A stretch of DNA of 64,000 nt from an uncultured delta proteobacterium (GCA_963767925.1 CAVYGB010000002.1:1888001-1952000); one strand, 5' to 3'. Counted from the stretch's first letter, positions 29,020 through 39,958 are shown. Notes: generated by a model from the sequence alone, not told the origin. Translations and numbers: made by a program.

Positions 29020-31307
29020 TCAGACGCCGAGGGCTTTGCGGATGGGGGTGAAGTCGAAGCGGTCGGCGGGGTCGAGGTGGCCTTCGTGGTATTCGGCGTC
29101 TTTGAGCAGGAGGGCGACCTTGCGGCGGCCTTCGGGGGTGGCGGCGGCGGCGCGGGGGGTCAGACCGTCGAGGGCGGGGATGGGCTGGTCGATCCAGTCG
29201 CGCCAGTGGGTGGCCTTGAAGGTCCGCACGGCGGCCCGCGCCTCGGCCGGCAGCGGCTCGGGCTCGGCGTCCTCGTCTTCGGGGTCGGCGCTGGCTGCCC
29301 GCTGCGCGGCGGCGGCGCGGGGATCGGTCTCCGAGCGGCGCACGTGGGTGAGGCGGCCGGAGGCGGCCTTCTCCAGCTTCTTGCGGAGGGCGCTGGCCCG
29401 CTTGCGCGAGTTGGTCTCGGCCACCAGCTTGTCCCGCTCGACCCGCAGCGTGCCGGCCAGGACCCCGTGGGGATCGTTGCGCTTGGTCTTGAGCCAGGTG
29501 AAGCGCACGACCTGGTTGCTGTCGCCGTCGGGGTCGCGCTCGAAGGAGGCGGCCTCGAGGGCGGCCAGCAGCGGCGCGCGCCCCTCGCGAGCAAAGGCGA
29601 ATTCCTCCTCGACGAGGAGGAGGGGGTCGCCGTCGGTGTTGCGGAGATTGGCGACGGCCCGCTGCTCGGCGCGCGCGCCCGCCGCCTGCCAGGCCTGCAC
29701 GACGACATCCTGGTAGCCGCCCGCCCGCAGCTCGGCCAGCTGCACGCCCGGTGGCTGCACGCCCAGGCGGGTGGCCACCTCCTCGACCGCGGCGGCGGCC
29801 TCCTGGGGGGCAGCGGGATGGGATACATCCCGAAGAAGCGGAAGTCCCCGTCCTGCTCGACGATGCGGGCCAGGACCGCCAGCCGGGGGACCATCTTCTC
29901 GGACCCGAGCTTCTCCTTGATCACCCGCCGCACCCCGGTCAGCAGGTCGACCGCGGTGAAGCCCTCGCCCCGGCGCACCTCCTCGATCTCCCAGACGCCC
30001 AGCCACCCCGCCTGCTGCATGGTCAGCCAGGCCCGCTCCTCCGGGCGCAGATCGGCGCCCCGCTCGCGCAGGTAGTGGTGGACGACCGGCTCGCCGTCGG
30101 CGACCGGGTGCTCGTACACCGACCAGGGGGCGAAGAGCTGGAGCTGCATGTCGTCCTCGGGATCGAGGCCGAAGGCCTTCGGTCCGCTGCCCCAGCCCTC
30201 GGGGAAGCGGGCGTGCGCGAAGCGCATCATCTCCGAGATCAGGTCGAGATCCAGGTCGGGGGGGCGGGCCGGGTGGGGATCGTCGGTCTCGGCGGCGCTG
30301 GGGTGAGGGAAGGTCAGCGACACCGTGGCGCCCGCCTCCGAGCGCCAGGTCTCCTGGATCACCCGGCCCGGCCCGCCGAGCTCGGCCCCGTGCCGCTCCA
30401 CGAAGGCCGCCACCGCTCCGCAGAGCGCGTCGGCCAGCCGCAAATCGCGCGCCGACAGCGGCAGCGGGAAGCCATCGCGCTCGCGCCGGACCACCAGCGG
30501 ATAGGTGCGAGGGCCGGCCAGCGGCCAGCCGTGTTCCTTCACCTCCCGCTTCATCTCGGGCGGCATCTCGGCCGCCGGCTCGAAGGTGACGGCCAGGAGC
30601 TGACCGCCGAACTCGACCGGGGGCTCCTCCCCCTCGGCGGTCTCGGCCGCGTCGAGGAAGGTGCAGAAGGCGTCGAACGACTCGAACAGCAACATGCCGG
30701 TCGACTCGCCGAGCGCGCCCATGAGCGACAGCGCGCCCCCCTGGACCCCCAGCTCGGGCGCGTCGACGAGCATGACGTCGTCGTCCCCGGCCCGCTCCCA
30801 GGGCTTGGCGAGATAGAGCGCGCGGGCCCGGGCAAACAGGCCCCCGACCAGCTCGGGCGAGGCCCCCGGGGCCAGGTAGGTGCTCGGCTCCTCCGCCTCG
30901 CCGCGCTCCTCGGGCGGGTTCTCCTCGGAGTAGCGGGTGAACGCCTCCCGCAGCACCTCGATCTCCGGCACCGGCGCGACGACCACCGGCATGCCGAGCT
31001 CCGTGCGCAGGCGACCGGCGAGCGTCTCGTCGGCCACCCGCAGCCGGCCCGGGCGGCGGGGCCGGCCGACCAGCGGGCTGGCGATCGCCTCCTCGAGCGC
31101 GTCGACGAGCGCCTGCCGCTCGGTCCCCGGCCGCACCACCGAGCCCTTGAGGACGACCGCCGCGGGCAGCTCGTACCAGACCACCATCGAGGGGCGGTAC
31201 ACCTCGTCGCCCTCGGACACCGTCGCCGACATGGCAAAGTAACCGCCCACCCACTCGCTGAACGTGATCGACGATTCGTGGCCGTCGGACCGCCGGCTGG
31301 CTTTCAT
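29020..31307 (-). CDS. Large hypothetical protein with a C-terminal Xre/MbcA/ParS-like segment; apparent frameshift at 29805-29810
   Basis: Coding-like frame runs to FFGMYPIPLPP, continues in another frame as QEAAAAVEE...WIDQPIPALDGLTPRAAA; one extra base in the G6 run joins them. Confidence 0.65.
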
Positions 31308-31464
31308 GGGCGGGATAGTAGCGCGTGAGGCGGTGCGATGGCTCACGCTTGGGGGCCGCCCCGGTCGGAGAAGCTCGTCACAAAGGGCGTCAGACCCGGC
31401 GGGCGCGTCGGGTTAGTGTGGACGCCTGCGTGGACTGGCATCTCGTCGGTCGGAAAGGCTCCGC

Positions 31465-33234
31465 TTGAAGTCCAGGGCTGTCCTGTTGTTCGCTATCCTC
31501 GTCGGCGCGACGTTTCCCGGTCGCTCTGCGCCCGCCGCGCCGGCGCCGCCACACCCGGCCGCCGCCGCGACGACCGCGGCCACCCTGACCCGGGCGCTGG
31601 AGCAGCGCTTCGCCGGCGATCGCAGCGGCGCCTGCCTCGCCGCCGCGGTGATCGAGGGGGCGGGCCCCAGCGCCGCCGGAACCGTGAGCCGGGCCTTCGT
31701 CTGCGCCGACCCCGCCCGCCGGCGCACCCTGAACGCCAGGACCGCCTTCGAGATCGGGTCGGTCACCAAGACCATGACCGGGATGTTGCTGGCCGACCGA
31801 GCCACCGCGGGCAAGCTGTCGCTCGAGGACGAGCTGGCTCGCCACCTGCCCGCGGGGACCCGCCTGCCGACCTTCCAGGGTCAACCCATCCGGCTGAAAC
31901 ATCTCACGACCCACACCTCGGGCCTGCCCGGGCTGCCGGCCCGCATGCCCCAGGTCGATCCGAACAACCCCTACGCGGCGCTGACCGAGGAGGCGCTGCT
32001 GGCCTCGCTGGGCGACGTCACGCTGGCGGTGGCTCCGGGCACGCGCTGGGACTACTCGAACTTCGCGGTGATGGTGCTGTCGTACGTGCTGTCGCGGGCC
32101 TCCGGGCAGGACTACGAGACCTTGCTGCGGGCGCGGCTGCTGCGGCCGCTCGGGATGAAACAGGCCTTCATCGCCCGCAAGCCGGGCGGGGTGGCGGTGG
32201 CCCGGGGGCACCTTCCGACCGGCCAGCCCACCAGCCCCTGGGACATCCCGGTGAACCTGGCCGGGGTGGGCGGGGTGCGCGCCTCCCTCGACGACCTGGT
32301 GGCCTACGCCCGGGCGGCGCTCGGGCGCGGCCCGGCCGGTCCGGTGGCGGCGATCCAGGCCAGCCAGCAGCCGGTCAGCCTGGGGCCGGGGGCGGCCTCC
32401 GCGCCGGGCGCGGAGATGGGGATGGGCTGGGCCATCGGGCAGTTCGGCGGGCGGCAGGCGCTGCTGCACGAGGGCGGCACCGGCGGCTTCTCCGCCTTCG
32501 TCGCGGTCGAGCGGCCGGCGGGCCGGGCGGTGGTGCTGCTGTCGGACACGGCGCTGCATGGGGTGGGTGGGCTGCAGGCGGTGGGGCTGCACCTGCTCGG
32601 CCTGGGCCCGCTGCCGTCGCCCCGCAAGCTGGCGGCGCCCCCGGCGGAGCTGCTCGCCGCGCTCGAGGGGCGCTACCGCCTCGAGGGGGGCCTGGGGCTG
32701 CGGCTGTTCGTGCGCGAGGGCAAGCTCTTCGTCCACGCCGACGGCCAGACCGAACACGCCATGGGCCACGACAGCGAGGGTGACTTCTTCCCGCTCGACT
32801 TCGACGCCCGCCTGTCGCCCCTCCGGGGCAAAGACGGCATGACCTTCACCTGGGCCCAGGGCGGTGGCGAGGTGAAGGCCACCCGCGAGCCCGCCTCCCC
32901 GGCCGGCGCCGGCAAACCCCCGGCGACCGCGAAGTCCGCGAAGCCGGCGGCGCCGGTGGCCACCGCGGATTACCTGGGGGAATATCCGCTGGTGCCCGGC
33001 TTCACGCTCACCGTCACCGGGGAGAAGGGCAAGCTGTTCGTGCAGGGGACCGGCCAGCCGCGCATCGAGGTGGACCCCGTCGGCAAAGACGTGTTCACGG
33101 CCGAGTCGGTGGGCGCGGAGCTCACCTTCGAGCGCGACGACAAGGGCCAGGTGCAGGCGGTGACCCTGCGCCAGGGCGGCCAGCGCCTGCGCGCTCTCCG
33201 TCGGGCCCCGGGTGCAGCGGCGACCGCGCCCTGA
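31465..33234 (+). CDS. Serine hydrolase (beta-lactamase/AmpC-like) with two DUF3471-like C-terminal domains
   Basis: FEIGSVTK (SxxK), LTTHTSGLP, YSN, HEGGTGGF; Y.GEY.L...F.LTV..E..KLFVQ.TGQ. Confidence 0.9.
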   Translation: MKSRAVLLFAILVGATFPGRSAPAAPAPPHPAAAATTAATLTRALEQRFAGDRSGACLAAAVIEGAGPSAAGTVSRAFVCADPARRRTLNARTAFEIGSVTKTMTGMLLADRATAGKLSLEDELARHLPAGTRLPTFQGQPIRLKHLTTHTSGLPGLPARMPQVDPNNPYAALTEEALLASLGDVTLAVAPGTRWDYSNFAVMVLSYVLSRASGQDYETLLRARLLRPLGMKQAFIARKPGGVAVARGHLPTGQPTSPWDIPVNLAGVGGVRASLDDLVAYARAALGRGPAGPVAAIQASQQPVSLGPGAASAPGAEMGMGWAIGQFGGRQALLHEGGTGGFSAFVAVERPAGRAVVLLSDTALHGVGGLQAVGLHLLGLGPLPSPRKLAAPPAELLAALEGRYRLEGGLGLRLFVREGKLFVHADGQTEHAMGHDSEGDFFPLDFDARLSPLRGKDGMTFTWAQGGGEVKATREPASPAGAGKPPATAKSAKPAAPVATADYLGEYPLVPGFTLTVTGEKGKLFVQGTGQPRIEVDPVGKDVFTAESVGAELTFERDDKGQVQAVTLRQGGQRLRALRRAPGAAATAP

Positions 33235-33245
33235 CCGGGAGCGCT

Positions 33246-33590
33246 TCAGCCCTTGCGGGCCCCCGGGCGGACGCCGGCCAGGGGGGTCAGCTCCGAGAAG
33301 ACCTTCGTCGCCTCCGGCACCTCGGCAATGGGGACGTAATCGCAGACCTCCGCGTAGCGCTCCCACATCTTCAGGACGACCGGGTTGGCGTGGGCGCTCT
33401 CGATGGCCTCGCCCGAGATCCACTCGAACACCTCGACCACCGTGCCGTCCTCGGCCAGCGCGGTGATGGGGGCCCGGTCGGTGACCAGCCCCTGGCCACG
33501 CAAGATGGCGACGTGGTCGAGGATCAGCGCCGCGAGCGCTTCTTTTTTTCCGGGCCGGGGGCGGTAGCAGGCGATGACGATTCGACCCAT
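33246..33590 (-). CDS. Small hypothetical protein (dimeric alpha-beta barrel-like)
   Basis: IVIACYRPRPGK...H...L...GLVT, VEVFEW, AIESAH.NP; high GC3. Confidence 0.7.
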   Translation of the reverse strand: MGRIVIACYRPRPGKKEALAALILDHVAILRGQGLVTDRAPITALAEDGTVVEVFEWISGEAIESAHANPVVLKMWERYAEVCDYVPIAEVPEATKVFSELTPLAGVRPGARKG

Positions 33591-35842
33591 GCTGGGTCGG
33601 ACGTTACCCCGGTTTTTTCACCCGGGCGACGGAAGATCCAGACGATCGCGCCGAAGGTGGCGAGGGTGGCGGCGGCCATCAGGGTGTATTGCTCGTCGCC
33701 CCAGCGGGACATCCCCTTCAAGGGGGCCCAGGCCACGAACTGGGTGAAGCCGGTCAGCAGCAGCAGCCAGCGGCCCACCTGCTCGCGCTGCTCGGCCAGC
33801 AGGGCGATCCCCAGGATGAAGGCGTAGTAATACGACGTCAGCTCGACCGCCACCGGGACGAAGGTGATGCCGAGGGCGGCGGCCACCCAGAGATCGACGT
33901 GGCGGGCGCACAGGCCGATCATCACGAGCCAGCCCAGGGCGATCAACAGGGCCAGCGGGCGGGCCTCCTTCCACGAGTCGAGCCGGGCCTGCTTCCAGGG
34001 TGACCAGGGGTCGATCAGGCGGCTGTCGTTGGTGAAGCGGCCCACCTCGGCGGGCCGCCAGGAGACGACCGTGCGCAGCCCCAGGTTGTTCACCAGGGGC
34101 GTCTCCTTGTGTTTCGTCGTGTTGGCCGCGAACTCCTGGTAGGCCCTGGTCCCGCCCGACACGGCCAGGCTGACCCCCACGAGCAAGCTGCCCACCAGCG
34201 CGGCCGAGACGAAGAAGCGCACCGCCCCCGACCGGGTGAAGGCCGCGCCGGACGCGCCGTAGTCCCAGCGGGGCGGCGGTGGATCGCTCGCCGGGGCCGG
34301 CGCCGGGCTCGCCGCCGCGGCCTTCGCCCGGCGGCCCTGGTAGAGGTGCCACACCAGCCCGATGGCCGGGCCGGCGAACAGGAACACCGGAAACACGCGC
34401 AGCCCGGTGGCGTAGGCCAGGGCGGCGCCGGCCAGGGCGGGCCGCTGCTTGCGCAGGCAGCAGATGGCGGCGATCGTATAAAACAGCCAGTCCCAGCGCA
34501 GGAACGAGCCCCCGGTCCAGTAGAACCGGGAGGGGAAGTTGGTGGCGAAGGCCAGCAGCGCCACCGCCAGCACCCGCCAGCCGAAGGCCCAGTAGACAAC
34601 CGCGATGGTGGCGGCCAGATACAGCGGGTCGAGCATGGCCAGCGCGTAGAGCTGGGTGTTGCTCGCCGGCGAGAGGTTGGCCAGCGTGGTGCCGAGCGCG
34701 TTCCACAGCGGGGTGGCGTTGTAGCCGTGGTCGAGCTGGATGTCGTCCCAGGTGCGGGCGCCCAGGCGGGCCCGGAAGAAGGAGACGTCCTTCCTGAAGG
34801 CCTGCCAGCGCGGCTCGGAGAAGTGGGCCTTGCAGCGCTCGGGGTTGGCGACGATGCCGGTGCTCGGCTCGAGCACGTTGGTGGTGAGGTTGGTGGTGCG
34901 GCGGCGCTCGACCCGCCGGCGCAGGCCATCTTCGACGTCGGCGACCGACAGGCAGTCGTACAGGCGGGTGTACGACAGCTCGGGGAAATATTTGCTGCCG
35001 ACGTAGTAGTGCACCCACTCGTGGGTGTGGATGAAGTTGCCGAAGTGGAAGAAGCCGAAGTTGATGAAGGTCAGCGCGCCCAGCACGCCGAGGATCTTCA
35101 GCAGGCGGAGGCGCAGGGGGCGGCGAAACTCCGGCCGCCCCTGCCGCTGCAGGGTCAGCCCCCATTGCAGCAGCCCCAGCCCCAGCACCGCCAGCACCAG
35201 CTCCCAGCGGGCGCTGCTCTCGTCGTTCCAGTAGGTCAAGATGGTGCGCGTGGTGGGCGCGGCCTGGGCGGTGCCCACCGTCATCGCCGGCGGGAACGGC
35301 TGCGGCATCTGGCAAAACACCTGGATCTCGGACAGCGAATACGAGCTGTCGCCCTCGCCCTCGCCGAACTTGAGGTAGCGGACCGGCTTGTCGCCCAGCG
35401 AGACGCTGCGCCCGCGCAGCCCGTGCCCGGCGACCGGATCGATGTGCCCCAGCTCGCTGAAGGTCTGCCCGTCGGTCGACCCCCACAGGGTGTAGGTGTC
35501 GTTGGCGTCGGCCTGGATCCAGGCCACCGCGAGCGGATGGGTCGCCCCGAGATCCCAGGTCACGGTGGCCGCGCCAGTATCGAGGATCACCGCCAGCGGC
35601 GCGTCCCAGATCGCCCCCTCGGGCGCCTTGATCCCGTCGGTGGCCTGCTCGAGCCGGCCCCGCATGTCCTGCCAGCTCCAGGCCGACTTGCCGGCCAGCA
35701 GGTTCCCGGCCGGGCAGGCGGACGCCGACGACATCGGGGGTTGCGCCGGAGTTTGCGCGGCGGCGAACCGGACCGGCAAGGCATCGTAGGCGGCGACGGC
35801 GGCCAGCAGCGCGAGGAGGGCCAGGGGGCGAACGGGCTTCAT
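33524..35842 (-). CDS. Polytopic membrane protein: galactose-binding/discoidin-like N-domain plus GT-C/GT87-like region
   Basis: Signal peptide, beta-rich domain (TWDLG, WIQADAND.Y...GS.DG), HYYVGSKYFPEL.Y..LY, DHGYNATP.W, many TMs. Confidence 0.7.
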   Translation of the reverse strand: MKPVRPLALLALLAAVAAYDALPVRFAAAQTPAQPPMSSASACPAGNLLAGKSAWSWQDMRGRLEQATDGIKAPEGAIWDAPLAVILDTGAATVTWDLGATHPLAVAWIQADANDTYTLWGSTDGQTFSELGHIDPVAGHGLRGRSVSLGDKPVRYLKFGEGEGDSSYSLSEIQVFCQMPQPFPPAMTVGTAQAAPTTRTILTYWNDESSARWELVLAVLGLGLLQWGLTLQRQGRPEFRRPLRLRLLKILGVLGALTFINFGFFHFGNFIHTHEWVHYYVGSKYFPELSYTRLYDCLSVADVEDGLRRRVERRRTTNLTTNVLEPSTGIVANPERCKAHFSEPRWQAFRKDVSFFRARLGARTWDDIQLDHGYNATPLWNALGTTLANLSPASNTQLYALAMLDPLYLAATIAVVYWAFGWRVLAVALLAFATNFPSRFYWTGGSFLRWDWLFYTIAAICCLRKQRPALAGAALAYATGLRVFPVFLFAGPAIGLVWHLYQGRRAKAAAASPAPAPASDPPPPRWDYGASGAAFTRSGAVRFFVSAALVGSLLVGVSLAVSGGTRAYQEFAANTTKHKETPLVNNLGLRTVVSWRPAEVGRFTNDSRLIDPWSPWKQARLDSWKEARPLALLIALGWLVMIGLCARHVDLWVAAALGITFVPVAVELTSYYYAFILGIALLAEQREQVGRWLLLLTGFTQFVAWAPLKGMSRWGDEQYTLMAAATLATFGAIVWIFRRPGEKTGVTSDPAWVESSSPATAPGPEKKKRSRR

Positions 35843-35934
35843 GGGAGGGTCCGTATCTTAGAGCCGGATCGGCTCCAGGTGATCGCCCGGCTGCATCGCG
35901 TCTGGCTCACGCGGTCGAATCGAGCCGGACGCCA

Positions 35935-36867
35935 TCAAACCCGCGGCAACATCTGCGGATAAACCAGGTAAACCCGCTCGAACTGCCCCGTCCACAGCCA
36001 GGGCTCCAGCACCTCCACCCCCCCGAACGCCCCCCGCGCCACCGCGTCCTTGCGCAGCACCCGCGACACCAGCACCGGATTGGCCCCCGCATAAACCACC
36101 TGCTGCTGCGGGATCAGCTCCGCAGCCAGCGCCCGCAAGTCCGTCCCGGGCGGCAGCTCGTCGAGCGGGTAGAGCTGCGACGAGACGATATCGCTCGCCA
36201 GCAGCGCCGCCCCCCCGCTCCGGCACAGCCCCGCCAGCGTGCGCAGGTGGACCGCCATGGTGGCCAGCCGCAGCTCCAGGCTGGCCGGCCCGGGATCGCC
36301 GTCGTCTTCCCGGGCGGCGCCCCGCTCGCGCCGTCCCTCGCGCGCGTCGGTCAGCGCCGCCTCGAGGCTCCAGCCGAGCTGGCTCATCAGGCAACAGGAG
36401 ACCGCCACGTCGGCCCGCCCCGCCGGCAGCGCGCCGGTGATCGCCGCCGTCCCCTCGGCCACCGCCTGCTCGAGGGCGGCGGCGTCGGGCGCCTTGCTCC
36501 GCCAGCGGTCGAGCCGGTGGAGCAGCCCCGTCAGATCCACCCCCCCGTGGGCGGCGATCCGCTCGGCCAGCGCCGCCGGCTGGCGCTGCCGGGCGCGCTC
36601 GACCGCGCCGGCGTCGATGTCGACAAGGTGGATCGCGCCGAACCGGCCGGCCAGCGCCGGCAGGTCGACGTCGTTGCAGTTGCCCGCCCCCAGCAGGACC
36701 AGGGTCGAGCCGGCGCCGGCCCCGACCCGCTCGCCCACCGCCAGGATGGTGGCGGTCAGCCGCTCGCGGTGGGCGCGGTACAGCTCCCAGTCGTCGCGCG
36801 AACGCTGGTTGCCGTGGGCGTGCAGGCGGGTGACGCGCGACAGGCTGCTGGCGGTCGGATCGGCCAT
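35935..36867 (-). CDS. Hypothetical protein with a Rossmann methyltransferase-like domain
   Basis: LVLLGAGNCNDVDL..LA..F..I.LVDID, GGVDLTG, DVAVSCCLMSQL; paralogous to 15408-16664. Confidence 0.7.
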   Translation of the reverse strand: MADPTASSLSRVTRLHAHGNQRSRDDWELYRAHRERLTATILAVGERVGAGAGSTLVLLGAGNCNDVDLPALAGRFGAIHLVDIDAGAVERARQRQPAALAERIAAHGGVDLTGLLHRLDRWRSKAPDAAALEQAVAEGTAAITGALPAGRADVAVSCCLMSQLGWSLEAALTDAREGRRERGAAREDDGDPGPASLELRLATMAVHLRTLAGLCRSGGAALLASDIVSSQLYPLDELPPGTDLRALAAELIPQQQVVYAGANPVLVSRVLRKDAVARGAFGGVEVLEPWLWTGQFERVYLVYPQMLPRV

Positions 36868-36939
36868 GGGGCTCTCGGCCCCAATCTTACCCCGGCCCGC
36901 CCCCCCTCGGCCCTCCCGGCGGCGGCCGGCGCCGCCGCG

Positions 36940-39087
36940 TCAGATGGCCTGGGCGGGCGTCTCCTGATCGACCTCGGCGGCCAGCGCCTCGTTGAGGCGG
37001 TAGAGGTGGTTGCCCACCGTCTCGTAGGCGTTGACCAGCTCGGTGCTGTTGAGGCGGCGGGCGATCATCACCGGCTCGCCCTTGTCGGCGTCGACAAGCA
37101 GCCCCTGGCGGCTCTCCGATTCGGTGGCGTTGAGGCGGATCTCCCGGGAGCGCGCGCTGTCGAGGTCGGGCGTCAGGCCGGCCTTCAGGTCACGGGCCAG
37201 CTCGTCGATCCCCTCGACCAGCAACGCGTGCAGCGCCTCGAGCGTCGTGCGGTCGCGGGGCGGCAGCTCGCCGGCCGCGCCGGCCGGCTGCAGGGCCAGG
37301 TTCTGCTCGGTGTTGCGCTCGGCGTGGTGGAGCAGCTCCTCGAGCGCGCGCTGGAGCTGCACCGTGGCCACCGCGGCCTGGCGCAGGCGCCCCATCTCCT
37401 GATGGTCGGTCCGGGTCAGCAGGGCCCCGCCCAGCAGGGGCTCGATCTCGGCCCGGGTCTCGGCCAGGATGTGCTCGCAGTCGCGGCCGCGCCGCCGCTC
37501 GCCCAGCACGGTGAGGTCGCGGATGGCGCCGAGCACCTCGCGGTAGCGGCCCAGCGCCGCCACCAGGCCGGTGCGCAGGGCGCTGACCCCCTCGGTGCCG
37601 TGCAGGGGCGTGACCCGCCGGGTGCGCGAGCGCAGGGCCATCCGCTCGACCGTCTTGACCGCCGAGGGGATGCAGGCCAGCAGCAGCACCGTCACCAGCG
37701 CCTGCCCGAGGGCGAAGCCCGCCACCAGGTGGCGCCCCATGAGGGGCAGCAGGACCTTCTTGCCGTAGGCCACCGCCGCCACCTGCCCCGGCACCAGCGC
37801 GTCGCTGAGATCGGCCAGCAACCCGGCCCCCGCGGCCAGCACCAGCGTCCCGCACAGACCCAGCAGCAGGTGCACCCGGGCCACCCGCCGCGAGGCCGAC
37901 CCGAAGGGGCCAGCGACGATCTGGGTGCCGATGGCCGCGCCGAGCGTGCTGCCCGACAGGATGGCCAGCGCGCTGGTCAGGTCGAGGCGGCCGGTGCTCT
38001 GGGCCAGCCCCAGCACCAGCACGAACACCGGCGCCGGCCCCTGCAGCAGGGCGGTCAGCAGCACGCCCGCCAGCACGCAGGACAGCCGCCCCGACAGCGT
38101 GCCGGCGTGGAAGTGGTCGAGGTAGGGCAGCAGCTCCGGGTTGGAGACCAGGGGCTCGAACCCCTGGCGCAGCAGGTGCAACCCGAAGAACAGCAGCCCG
38201 CAGCCGAGGATGATCTTGCCGAAGGCCTCGCTGCGCCGGTCCGAGGCCAGCGCCAGCCACAGCACCCCGATGCTGACCACCAGCAGCCCCTCGCGGGTGG
38301 AGACCAGCCCCAGCACCGACGGCGTCACCGCCGCCCCGAGCTGGGCGCCCAGCAGCACCGCCACCGCCGGCCCCACCGCGATCAGGTGCGACTCGACCAG
38401 GCCCACCACCAGCCCGGCTGCCGTGGTGGTGAACTGGGTGATGCCGCCGACCGCCACCCCCAGCCCCAGCGCCGCCGGCGTGCGCCGGCCGATCTTGGCC
38501 AGCAGGCCGTTGCCCCGGTCGCCGGTGTACTGGCGACCGCCGCGGGCCATCACCCGCAGCCCGAAGAACAGCAGCGCCAGCCCCCCGATCACCTCCCGGA
38601 ACAGCTTCCGGTAGCTGATGGTCTTGATGCGCATGTCGTAGGGCTTGCTGCGCTCTTCCTTGCTGTAGCCCACGCGCAGCTTGGCCCGACCCTCGAAGGC
38701 CTGCTGGGGGATGCGCACGACCAGCGTGTCCTCCCCCCGGTGCATGACCTGCATCTCGGTGGTGGGGAGCTGCCGGCCCGAGCGGTAATCGGTGACCGAG
38801 AGCGACGCCGCCAGCGGTCGGCTGCGCTGCTTGTAGGTGTCGATGAAGGCGACCTCGACCGCGCTGCCCGGGGTGGGCTCGCCGCGGACCTCGACCACCT
38901 CGATCAGCTCCTTGTTCCGGTCTTCCTCCGGGAGCTGGGTGGCGGTGGCGCCTGCGCCCTCTTCGGCCGGACCGGTCCCGTTGGAGGGCTCTCCCTCGTC
39001 GAGCAGCGTGTAACCGAGCAGCAGAGCGGCGGATACCGACCAGGCCGCGGCGGTCCGCCAGCGCCGGTGTTTAGTCTGCGACTCCAT
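36940..39087 (-). CDS. Na/Pi cotransporter family protein (NptA/YjbB-like) with an extra N-terminal domain and PhoU-like tail
   Basis: IGGLALLFFGL..M, GITQFTT, LLGAQLGAAVT, ILG.GLLFFGL, TALLQ, ILSGSTLG; helical tail ending YETVGNHLYRL. Confidence 0.85.
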   Translation of the reverse strand: MESQTKHRRWRTAAAWSVSAALLLGYTLLDEGEPSNGTGPAEEGAGATATQLPEEDRNKELIEVVEVRGEPTPGSAVEVAFIDTYKQRSRPLAASLSVTDYRSGRQLPTTEMQVMHRGEDTLVVRIPQQAFEGRAKLRVGYSKEERSKPYDMRIKTISYRKLFREVIGGLALLFFGLRVMARGGRQYTGDRGNGLLAKIGRRTPAALGLGVAVGGITQFTTTAAGLVVGLVESHLIAVGPAVAVLLGAQLGAAVTPSVLGLVSTREGLLVVSIGVLWLALASDRRSEAFGKIILGCGLLFFGLHLLRQGFEPLVSNPELLPYLDHFHAGTLSGRLSCVLAGVLLTALLQGPAPVFVLVLGLAQSTGRLDLTSALAILSGSTLGAAIGTQIVAGPFGSASRRVARVHLLLGLCGTLVLAAGAGLLADLSDALVPGQVAAVAYGKKVLLPLMGRHLVAGFALGQALVTVLLLACIPSAVKTVERMALRSRTRRVTPLHGTEGVSALRTGLVAALGRYREVLGAIRDLTVLGERRRGRDCEHILAETRAEIEPLLGGALLTRTDHQEMGRLRQAAVATVQLQRALEELLHHAERNTEQNLALQPAGAAGELPPRDRTTLEALHALLVEGIDELARDLKAGLTPDLDSARSREIRLNATESESRQGLLVDADKGEPVMIARRLNSTELVNAYETVGNHLYRLNEALAAEVDQETPAQAI

Positions 39088-39958
39088 GGACAGCTTGGGC
39101 GGCCTCCTCGAACTTGCTGACCCGGCTCGGCTCCGCGCCGACCGTCCCGAGTAGGTCTATCAGCCAACCCGGGGGCGCGGTGCGACACTTTAGCTCGATT
39201 ATAGCTCGTTCGAACCTACGTTTGGCGGGTCCGAGCCCGTCGCGCACGAGCCCCTGATCGCGGCGCCACAGATCGGCCGGTGGAGCGAAGAACTCCACCG
39301 CCACGTCGAGGGTGACCCGCAGCCCACCCTCGGGGTCCTGCCAGGGGAGCCGCCGGTAGTGCACGAGGCAGTCCGCACGCAACGGCTCCGTATACCCGGC
39401 GCAGTAGGTGAGGATCTCCCGCAGGCTCCCCTCGCCCCAGAAGCTGGCCGGGGCGGGGGTCTGGGCGTCGATCTCGAAGTCGTGGGAGACGACCGGAGGG
39501 TGGGCGGCGCTGGTTTCCCCCAGCGAGGAGAGGACCTCGGGGACGTACTGTCGGGGGATGGCAAGCCGGTGCTTGCCGGTGCGGTTGCCGTCGCGGAACT
39601 TGAGCTCCAGCCAGATGCCCGGTGAGTGGTGGAAGACCTCGCGCGGGTCGGTGGCCAGCTCGGCCAGCGAGGGGTGCAGGTCGTAATAGGCCCGGGCGCG
39701 CAGCTTGGCGTGGTGGGCGCCGGGCTCGCCGGAGCGCAGGGCCCGGTAGACCTGGCGCGAGCGGGTGTCGAAGTACACCGTGGTCACGAAGTGCCGCGGA
39801 CGCGGCAAGGTGTTGGCGTCGGCCCCGATGAAGCGGTGGTGGCGCAGGTGCCGGTTGAGCGCCTGGGTGAACGCCTGCGCCCGGCCGGGCGCCAGGAGAT
39901 AACGGTGCTCCTGCCGCTCGGCGGACAGATCCGCCGCGGCCATTGCCAGTTGCGACAT
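39071..39958 (-). CDS. VTC-domain (CYTH/TTM superfamily, polyphosphate polymerase-like) protein
   Basis: RQEHRYLL, TTVYFDT, KLRARAY, WLELK, VHYRR, LRVTLD, IIELK, SKF. Confidence 0.88.
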   Translation of the reverse strand: MSQLAMAAADLSAERQEHRYLLAPGRAQAFTQALNRHLRHHRFIGADANTLPRPRHFVTTVYFDTRSRQVYRALRSGEPGAHHAKLRARAYYDLHPSLAELATDPREVFHHSPGIWLELKFRDGNRTGKHRLAIPRQYVPEVLSSLGETSAAHPPVVSHDFEIDAQTPAPASFWGEGSLREILTYCAGYTEPLRADCLVHYRRLPWQDPEGGLRVTLDVAVEFFAPPADLWRRDQGLVRDGLGPAKRRFERAIIELKCRTAPPGWLIDLLGTVGAEPSRVSKFEEAAQAVHGVAD

